Assembly: GCF_902652985.1 (NCBI RefSeq)
Contig: NC_047015.1
Span: 22,630,001-22,694,000 of the forward strand
Direction of reading: 5' to 3'
DNA from: Pecten maximus
Lineage: Eukaryota
Length of the DNA: 64,000 nt
This document shows, one piece after another, positions 55,276 through 64,000 of this stretch. Under the pieces are notes generated by a model. The model was not told where the DNA came from, did not search any database, and worked only from the letters and a program-made list of their open reading frames with translations. Position 1 is the stretch's first letter, and every line of letters begins with the position of its first letter. A program made the translations under genes and the position numbers.

Positions 55276-56150
55276 AGCCACATATTCCCGAAGAAACATA
55301 TATCAATGTTTACATTTTGAGCTGTTTACAGTTTTCGGACATGATGCATACCTAACAGATTATCGTGAATCAGAAACCGAAAGAAAATGTGTATTTATGA
55401 AAGTATACGGGGAATTCCCAAAAATAATAACTGTGGCTGCCGGACCAAGTTTCTCTGAAAATTAGTTCCACAATGCAACGGCGGGTTTTACAGTCCATAC
55501 AAAATGGCGGAACGCCGCAAGCGTGGAACTGCGAAAACGCAGGCAGATTCTGAAAAAAAAACAAAAAAACACAAAAGTGTGTGGAATCGGCAAAACCCGA
55601 GTATTTCCTTAGGAAATGAATCGTTGGAACTTAACGAGAGAAGAAAAAGGAATAGACTTGAATTCAGATTTTTCCGGACGTCTATTGGATTGCTGATTAG
55701 ATTGAATATTGTCAAATTCACCGATCTAAGATTTTATCGATGTTTTGTTGTATGCATATTGCTACATTTTAAAATCAAGTATTTAAATGTAAACTATGTT
55801 TTTTTTTATTTTCTTCAGTTACCTGGGTATTGCGCGAATATTCTGTTAATATGTTTAAATGAAAGCATTATTAGGCAAAGTTCACGTATGCTCGATATGT
55901 AAACAACGGCCATGTGTGTAGTTTATGTGCAGAGCACGTTGTTATAGCCTCGTTCTCGGCTCCGTGACAAATCTCCCTATAAATATAAATGCGACGAGTT
56001 ATTTGTATACACTGATGTCTCAAGGACTCTCCCAGTCAAGTGTCCAGGCCAGAGGTCATTTTAATGTTGGGAGAGCGTGAATGAGCATCTTGGATTGCCA
56101 TTAATACACGTGTGCAACTAGAATTTTAGGTTGTTCGGGAGTATGTGGCT
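55276..56150. mobile_element. Non-autonomous TIR element at a TTAA site (Kolobok/Crypton-like)
   Basis: Left end TTAA|AGCCACATATTCCCGAAGAA and right end TTGTTCGGGAGTATGTGGCT|TTAT form a 20-bp inverted repeat with 2 mismatches. The right TTAA appears mutated to TTAT. Confidence 0.7.
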
Positions 56151-56210
56151 TTATTTGTTTGGGCCTGTAATGAAAGAGTAATATTGCTGAATTGTACAAA
56201 TTCACTTCAA

Positions 56211-56357
56211 ATGCGACACCAATTACAATTAACTAGCTTACCAAAACTTACCAAGCTTGTTTTAGTGATTCTCAATGTATTGTTTATTATGATGAGTTTC
56301 TGTTTGATTGTACCGGGGATTCTTGTACAACTAGACACCGACTTGTTTAACGACAAA
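56211..56357 (+). pseudogene. Tetraspanin pseudogene, 5' part (N-terminus, TM1, start of small loop)
   Basis: MRHQLQLTSLPKLTKLVLVILNVLFIMMSFCLIVPGILVQLDTDLFNDK has the K-x-x-L-x-x-L-N-x-L-F TM1 pattern, then abuts LINE sequence. Confidence 0.72.
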
Positions 56358-56852
56358 CGTGTTCTGTTATTATCAATAACTTCAAACATTCCTTTTCCTT
56401 ATTCATCTATTTCGTTGAGGATTCTATACACTTGGATGACTGTACTGTAAAGATGGTATTCCAAGTTCTATTAATCTTTCCGGATACGATAAGTCCTTAA
56501 TAGATATAACAAGTTTGGTGGCCCTTCTCTGTACCGTTTTCAATAGCCCTAACATCTTTTTATACAGAGGGTTCAAGACAGTCACTGTATACTCCAAATG
56601 TGGTCGAACATAGATTTGTCCATATGTATGAAGGATCTCTTTAATAGGCCTAATCGCCTGTTCGCTTTTTTCACATTGGCTGCTTCGTGGCTGCTAAACT
56701 TCAAGTCGCAGTCAAATATGACACCAAAGTCTTTTTCATCATCACCCCGAGGAATGTCTTCACCATACATTGTATATTTATGTCTACTGTTGCTATGCCC
56801 AAGGTGAAGGGATTCACATTTACCGGAAGTGATTTCGGCTGCCATTGTTGGA

Positions 56853-56900
56853 TGACCCTGGCTGTTAATAGGACGTTTAACAAAAACAAACCAAACCAAA
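56853..56900 (+). mobile_element. 48-bp 5'-truncated SINE tail inserted in the CR1 RT region
   Basis: TGACCCTGGCTGTTAATAGGACGTTTAACAAAAACAAACCAAACCAAA flanked by TSD TGTTGGA (56846-56852, 56901-56907). It matches the 3' tail of the SINE at 46872. Confidence 0.85.
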
Positions 56901-58458
56901 TGTTGGACCACTCTTCCAGGTTATTAAGGTCATCTTGTAATTTCCTGTTGTCAGAGTTGTTGCTTTCTCCATATATTTTGGTGTCGTCTGCAAATAGTTT
57001 TTTGGCGGAAGTTATTGTTTCTGGTAGGTCGTTGTTGTAGATTAAAAAGAGCACTGGGCCCAATACACTCCCTTGGGAGACCCCACTGGTGACACTTGAC
57101 CAATCCGAAGTTTTTCCATTGACCATAACTCGTTGTTGCCTGTAGCTCAGACAGGATGCTATCCATTTCGATACTTTATTTTCAATTCCGATTTTTTGGA
57201 TTTTTTTTATAGTCTTTGATGAGAGACTGTGTCGAAAGCTTTTTGAAAGTCTAGGTAAATCATGTCCATCATGTTGCCGTCATCTATTGTTTTGGTGATA
57301 TCATCCAGGACCTCCAGGAGCTACAGTGTTGTCGTTTACCCTTTCGGAATCCATATTGACAATCGTTTAATAGCTTATTTTTCTCCAGGTAGTCTATGAT
57401 GCTGTGCCTTAGGATTGATTCCAGGACCTTACATATAATGCTCGTCAAGCTGACCGGCCTATAGTTTAAAGGGTCTTTCTTACTGCCTTTTTTTGAAAAT
57501 TAGGGTAATATTTGCCTCTTTCCAGTTGGATGGTAGTTTTCCTTCTTCCAAAGATTTATTGAACATTTTACTTCGAGGTTTACTTATAATATCTCTTGTT
57601 TCATGCAGTATTTTTGTGTGAATACCGTCAGGTCCTGGCGCTTTTGATGTTTTTAGTTTTGAAAGTTTGGCTTGTACTTTTTCAGCAGTGATCCCCATCT
57701 GTCCCCGTATTTTGAGGGTTGATCGTCGTCGTTGGAATATTTTCAGTATCTTCATTTGTGAAGATTTTACAAAAGCATTAGTTTTGTTTAGGACTTCAGC
57801 CTGTTCTTTGTCATCAGACACTATTGTTCCGTCTTCTGTCTCAATTGGTGAGATACCTGTTTTTGTCTTGATTTTGATGTATTTCCAAAAGCTCTTTGGG
57901 TCCGTTTTGAATTCTATCGTTTTTTCTCATAATCTTTTACAGGCTCTCTTTTCACATTTGTCGCTTGGTTTCTGGCTCTTTTATAACTTGATAGATTTGT
58001 CTGGTTACTATTGCCTCTGTATTTGTACCATTCTTTTCTCTTGTTCTGTAGTGCCTTGATTGTAGTTTCGTTCATCCATGGTTTCCTTGGCCTCATAGGA
58101 CTACCTTTGTTTACTGGTACAGATTTATCCATACACGTCATAATCCGTCAATAAAGTAGGCCCATGATTCCTCCAGGTCCATCTTATTCATCTCTTCCCA
58201 ATTTTGTCGGTCTAGCTCTTGGCAAATTCTTTCGTAGTTGCCTCTATAGAAACAATATCTCTTTTGTGGCGATGTGTTTGAATCAGGCTCTTCTACATTG
58301 ATTATAAAGTTGAATTTTAGGGTGACATATTCACTTTTCCCTAAAGGGTCCCCTACTGTCACGTCTTCCACCATTCCTTCCTCATTAGTGAATACCAGGT
58401 CTAAAATTGATGGTGTGATGCCATGTCTAAATTTTGTGCTTTCGTATATGTGCTGATG

Positions 58459-58695
58459 CACAGGGGCTTGGCACGATTTTCCAAATGATAGTCCATATAT
58501 ATATGTATATAGTATCAAGGGTAGTAACTACAAAGAGGGGGAAGACGAACGTATTTTAAAAAAAATAATTTGTCGTATTCTGCGGGTCAAAAATCTTAGT
58601 GACACATACATTACCTTAAAGAGAAATGTTTTATCTTGATACTATATACATATATATATGGACTATCATTTGGAAAATCGTGCCAAGCCCCTGTG
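58459..58695. mobile_element. 237-bp MITE with perfect 61-bp TIRs and an 8-bp TSD (P-element-like CACAG termini)
   Basis: TIRs at 58459-58519 and 58635-58695. TSD TGCTGATG at 58451-58458 and 58696-58703. Removing it restores the CR1 endonuclease reading YLHQHIYE. Confidence 0.93.
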
Positions 58696-59473
58696 TGCTG
58701 ATGGAGGTAAAGATCTTGGATACATTCTTAAAAACTCCTGGATTGTAGGTTCATTGTTTCCCTTTGTAGTTTCTAGTTCCCAATTTATGTCTTTGTAGGT
58801 GAAGTCGCCCAATATCAGTAAATGCGATGTTCTATTGTTTGCTTCTCTTAGTACTGTTTGTAGACTGTCCGAGTTATTTCTAGAGCTTGATGGGCTTCTA
58901 TATACACATCCTATCAATAGTTTCTCGGGTCCTTCTAATTTAACAGTACACCATACCATCTCCTTAAGTTCATCTCCATCAAATCATCTTCGGTTTCTCC
59001 TGGTAGTTCACTTTTAATGTATAGTATAACTCCACGGCCCTCTGTAAGACTATTGACAAACATGTCATAGCCTTTCAAGCTAAATGAAGACAGTACCACA
59101 GATCACACACATTTAATGGCCATATCGTTTTCCTTGATCTGGATATCACATTTTGAGCACAGGGTCTTCTCATCACTTTCCATTCTCCTTTTAAGACTGT
59201 TTCTCTCAGACATTTTATAGATTATCTGTACAGTTTGCTAAACATCAATATATCTAAGTTACTGTGGTGGAGCAATCTCCAGTCATCAGGTTACTGAGAG
59301 CGTCTATTCGTAGCGACTATGATAGTCCGTAACACTCACGTAGCCAAAAAGTGATTCCTATTTTACCTGCCCAGTATCTACACAGGGCCGGGTTGGGGTG
59401 GACACCATCAGTTAATTGATTGTATATGATTCTTGTGCGTCCTCCTCAGGATTTTTCTTGATCTATACTGAAC

Positions 59474-60705
59474 TTTGGTGCTGTAACGGTAGCCATTTTC
59501 TGGATTGTGCTGAAGACTGATATAGAATCCAAAGTTAAAGACGAATTCCTATCACAACTACAAAATAACTATCAAGTTGACGATCTGACGTCACATCAGC
59601 TCTCTACATCGTGGAACTCGCTCTTCATACAACTGTCGTGTTGTGGTGTTAATTACCTCACAGGACTGGCTAACGACTTCGACAACACTGTTTGGCAGGG
59701 GACGGGTCCGTCTGTGGACATTCCGAAGAACTGCTGCGGAGCAACACTAAATGACTACGGAACGTATTCCAACGGTGTGTGTAGAGATCCAACAGTGTGT
59801 GTAGAGATCCAAGAGTTTGTGTAGAGATCCAAGAGTTTGTGTAGAGATCCAACAGTGTGTGTAGAGATCCAACAGTGTGTGTAGAGATCCAACAGTTTGT
59901 GTAGAGATCCACCAGTGTGTGTAGAGATCCAACAGTTTGTGTAGAGATCCAACAGTGTGTGTAGAGATCCAACAGTGTGTGTAGAGATCCAACAGTGTGT
60001 GTAGAGATCCAACAGTGTGTGTAGAGATCCAACAGTGTGTGTAGAGATCCAACAGGTTGTGTAGAGATCCAACAGTTTGTGTAGAGATCCAACAGTGTGT
60101 GTAGAGATCCAACAGTGTGTGTAGAGATCCAACAGTTTGTGTAGAGATCCAACAGTTTGTGTAGAGATCCAACAGTGTGTGTAGAGATCCAACAGTGTGT
60201 GTAGAGATCCAACAGTGTGCGTAGAGATCCAACAGTGTGCGTAGAGATCCAACAGTGTGTGTAGAGATCCAACAGTGTGTGTAGAGATCCAACAGTGTGT
60301 GTAGAGATCCAACAGGTTGTGTAGAGATCCAACAGTGTATGTAGAGATCCAACAGTGTGTTTAGAGATCCAACAGTGTATGTACAGATCCAACAGTGTAC
60401 ATTTGTATGTAGAGATCCAACAGTGTGTTTAGAGATCCAACAGTGTGTGTAGAGATCCAACAGTGTGTGTAGAGATCCAACAGTGTGTATACAGATAATG
60501 TTAGTTCCAGCTTCTACTCCAGCGGTTGTTTTAACGCCATGAAAAAAAAATCTTTTCGACGTATAGTGATATTTTTATTGGGATAGGGGTATCGGTCATT
60601 ACGACGGAGGCTCTGGGCATTATTTGTGCCATAAATGTTTTTAGAAATATTAATAAAGTTCGTGCGATTAACAATAGGCCGAATACAAAGACAGATATTT
60701 ACTAA
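59474..60705 (+). pseudogene. Tetraspanin pseudogene, 3' part (end of TM3, large extracellular loop, TM4, C-terminal tail)
   Basis: FGAVTVAIFWIVLKTDIESKVKDEF..STSWNSLFIQLSCCGVN..DIPKNCCG..NGVC, then the 20-bp array, then TDNVSSSFYSSGCFNAMKK, an A9 frameshift, and IFSTYSDIFIGIGVSVITTEALGIICAINVFRNINK..TDIY-stop (60703-60705). CCG, PxxCC, GC and the TM4 glutamate are tetraspanin hallmarks. Confidence 0.88.
59769..60497. repeat. 20-bp minisatellite, about 36 copies, inside the tetraspanin coding region
   Basis: CCAACAGTGTGTGTAGAGAT repeated with period 20. Confidence 0.98.
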
Positions 60706-61289
60706 CTTGACATTCACCTCCTCATTCGTCTGTTATAATGTAGATCAACTTATTAACATCTTCCATGTCAGTGAGTTAGACGATACACCCAAATGTTGAG
60801 AAATGGATAGAAAAATGCATACTGTATTTTACATTCATCGACCGTAAGTTATATTCGGAGTGATCTCCCTTGTGGAAATGGAGTAAATTAAAGGTACATC
60901 GAACGTACAACATACAACAATGCATGTACTGTATAATTTGGACCCGATTTGACAAATGACTTAAATATAGGGGATATAACGTATAAATCTGATACATGTT
61001 AAAAGTTAGCATTAATGTAATTGTATGTGAGATCATGTGTAATAATGAGACCAATTGTTCCGTGTTCGAGGAAATCCTGAAGGTGTTATCATTTGTTGTG
61101 TTGCCAAGAATCCAAACGTTTAACATAACACTATGTAAGAGTTGTCTGCTCCTAGCCAGATAAAGGGTATCAGCTGTACTGATCTACTAAATTGGAGTTG
61201 AATTGTCTGATAGTTATCCATTAGAACATTTACCTGATATTTGATGCCCGAGTTTTTGTGTGGCAATATCAAAATACGTGCCCAGATTT

Positions 61290-61500
61290 TAAAGGGATAA
61301 CTTATATTAATCACGGTTGGTGGCCCGAATGGAAGCAAGCGAGGGGTCTTACTGTGGGAGGAAACCGGAATAACGGGGGAACCCACGTGGTCGGCAAGGT
61401 GAACCAATACCTTTGTCGCATTGATCGGGGAATCGAACCAAGGCCTCCTAGGTTAAAGGCCAGTGTACATGAGTGGCATATACCACTGGATTACCCGATC
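61290..61500 (-). mobile_element. tRNA-derived V-SINE copy (RUDI/BivaV-like)
   Basis: Minus strand has an A-box-like TAATCCAGTGG, B-box GGTTCGATTCC, and V-domain-like GTGGGTTCCCCCGTTATTCCGGTTTCCTCCCAC. Confidence 0.8.
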
Positions 61501-61509
61501 AACCATGTA

Positions 61510-63625
61510 ACCTTGATGTGTGACGTAGTACGGTAACAAATGTAGCCCCACCATCGACCGGACCCTGATGTGTGACGTAGTACGGTAACATATGTAGCCC
61601 CACGTGCACTATCGGCCGGACCCTGATGTATGACGTAGTACGCTAACATATGTAGCCCCACCACCGGCCGGACCTTGATGTGTGACGTAGTACGCTAACA
61701 TACATTGTATGTAGCCCCACCATCGACCAGACCCTGATGTGTGACGTAGTACGCTAACAAATGTAGCCCCACCATCAACGGACCCTGATGTGTGACGTAC
61801 AGTGTAGTACGGTAACAAATGTAGTCCCACCATCGACCAGACCCTGATGTGTGACGTAGTACGGTAACATATGTAGCCCCACGTGCACTATCGGCCGGAC
61901 CCTGATGTATGACGTAGTACGCTAACATATGTAGCCCCACCACCGGCCGGACCTTGATGTGTGACGTAGTACGCTAACATACATTGTATGTAGCCCCACC
62001 ATCGACCAGACCCTGATGTGTGACGTAGTACGCTAACAAATGTAGCCCCACCATCAACGGACCCTGATGTGTGACGTACAGTGTAGTACGGTAACAAATG
62101 TAGTCCCACCATCGACCAGACCCTGATGTGTGACGTAGTACGCTAACATATGTAGTCCCACCATCACCGGACCCTGATGTGTGACGTACAGTGTAGTGCG
62201 GTAACATATGAAGTCCCACGTGCACTATCGACTGGACCCTGATGTGTGACATTGCACCGCAACATGTTTCCCACCAAATTGACCGGGCCCTGAGGTATGA
62301 CGTAGTATTATATCACACATAGTCTAACCATCGGCCGGACCCTGATGTGTGACGTAGTATGGTATTATTTAACCCCACTATCGGCCGGACCCTGATGTGT
62401 GACGTAGTATGGTATTATTTAACCCCACTATCGGCCGTACCCTGATGTGTGACGTTGTATCAGAGACCTATATACAGAGATTGGCAACACTCTCTTTGCC
62501 TTTGTGTTTACGTAGTGGTCCCTGACCTTCCCACAATCCTTTGCGGTCGCTCGGTTCAGTCTTCACTAGACGCCATATTGGAGAAAACTTGAAAACCAGA
62601 CACATAATTATCGATAATTTCTATTTGAAATCATCACCAAGATCCAATACTGTGCTTTAATTTCATTAATATCAAAGTTCAGAAGTGTCATCAATATGAA
62701 ATATATCACAATTTGCTGTCCAAGTGTTTGTATTTTGAGTATGAAAGTCAAGCACAACGCAGGAAAGATCGGCGGGAATCTCCAATTTTCGAAAAGTCCC
62801 TATGGGGTTTTCGAGAATACGGATAAATGACAACAATGTGCATGATAATCAAGACCACATTCCATAAGTATGATAGTTTTTGGTCAATGTGGTTACTTTT
62901 GTAGTGGCCAAAATAAAACGATGTGCTTTTTGTGTACGTTTGAAATTGACGATGTTTTGGTCTGACGTAATGGCGGCTATTTACAAACTTGGACATGTCG
63001 AATAGGACCCAGTGGATTTTAGAAAATACGGATAAATGGCAACAATGTGCATGATCAATAAGACTATATCCCATAAGTTTGATAGTTTTTGGTTAATGTG
63101 GTTACTTTTGTAGTGGCCAAAATAAAACGATGTGCTTTCTGTGTGTATTTAAAATGACGATGTTTTGGTCTGACGTAATGGCGGATTAACCAGAACATGT
63201 CGAATAAGTTCCAATACTACGATACACACATGCGCAAAGCCCGATTTACCTGCGCTGGCGTGTGTTTGATAGGAGACAAGACGCTCTCGATAAGGGATAT
63301 GCTTGAGTGGTCACGAATAAAGGGAGCCACTACGTGTACGGGGAAATAGCGATGTTACTAATCTCTCTGTATATATGTCTCTGGTTGTATGGTATTATTT
63401 AACCCCACTATCGGCCGGACCCTGATGTGTGACGTTGTATGGTATTAGTTAACCTCACTATCGGCCGGACCCTGATGTGTGACGTTGTATGGTATTATTT
63501 AACCCCACTATCGGCTGGACCCTGATGTGTGACGTTGTATGGTATTATTTAACCCCACGATCGGCCGGACCCTGATGTGTGACGTTGTATGGTATTATTT
63601 AACCCCACCATCGACCGGTCCACTG
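61510..63625. repeat. ~50-60 bp minisatellite with a 279-bp higher-order duplication, interrupted by a TIR element
   Basis: GGACCCTGATGTGTGACGTAGTACG..TGTAGCCCCACCATCG units. A 60-bp variant continues on both sides of 62461-63383. Confidence 0.93.
62461..63383. mobile_element. 923-bp non-autonomous TIR element with a 7-bp TSD (P-element-like CAGAG termini)
   Basis: Left end CAGAGACCTATATACAGAGA versus right-end reverse complement CAGAGACATATATACAGAGA. TSD GTTGTAT at 62454-62460 and 63384-63390. Internal ~209-bp duplication (62821/63030). Confidence 0.88.
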
Positions 63626-64000
63626 TATGTGACACAGTACGGTCAAATGAAGTCCTACCATATATAGACTGAACCCGATTAAAATACGTTAATACACAAA
63701 ACTATCCTCGCTCATCAGAGACTTATACACCTTTAAATGAGGCCAATATTCTTGGTTGATTCGACAAATTTTGCAATTCTGAAGGTATACATAAAATGTA
63801 ATTAATTGTAATATAGATGAAATACAAATGTACACATTATGAAATTCGTTGAAGCTAGTCGGAAAATAATATTATTGAACACGCCTGCCTCTTACTAAAA
63901 TGACGCAACGTCTCGAAGTTATCTGTATACAACCCCAGTCTGACCTGAAACATTTGGCAACGGATGTTGTTGGACCGAAATCAGTTCGCCACCATCAAAA

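Larger units (their letters stand above)
56357..59345 (-). mobile_element. Decayed CR1-clade non-LTR retrotransposon (ORF1 PHD start, APE endonuclease, RT), frameshifted and internally deleted
   Basis: Endonuclease motifs: LLIGCVYRSPSS, LILGDF and LDLVFTNEE..GDPLGKS. RT motifs: KAPGPDGI, NYRPVSLTSIICKVLESI, DMIYLDFQKAFDTVSH, SGVSQGSVLGPVLFLIY and LFADDTKIY. ORF1-like LCSKCDIQIKENDMAIKC at ~59110-59165. The 5' boundary is approximate. Confidence 0.93.

Noticed and set aside
55504-55902. 132-aa basic ORF MAERRKRGTAK...
   Set aside because: It lies inside the TTAA TIR element. At most it is a remnant of a transposon accessory gene start, and it runs into low-complexity AT-rich sequence.
61420-61500. 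Possible tRNA gene
   Set aside because: A and B boxes are present but there is no intact cloverleaf, and it continues into a SINE V-domain.

Overview
Eukaryotic, repeat-dense genomic DNA, most likely from a bivalve mollusc (inferred from the Helentron/HINE, V-SINE and Meta-like SINE repertoire). No prokaryotic genes, rRNA or CRISPR are present. The only convincing intact host coding sequence is a large first coding exon of a PDE11-type GAF-domain cyclic-nucleotide phosphodiesterase (minus strand, 45036..44311, ending at a GTAAGC donor). I could not recognise a further exon in 1..44310, so most of the window is probably one very large intron. Upstream on the + strand is a broken, apparently intronless tetraspanin copy (56211..60705). 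It is split by a decayed CR1 LINE that itself carries a P-type MITE and a SINE tail, and by a 20-bp minisatellite grown from the tetraspanin's own codons. About half of the window (my rough sum of array lengths) is about 25 mutually unrelated tandem arrays with 20-54 bp units, plus a 156-bp array inside a Helentron and a 9-kb higher-order composite. These show every stage from dimer to kb-scale higher-order repeat. Almost all long ORFs in the supplied track are translation artefacts of these arrays.
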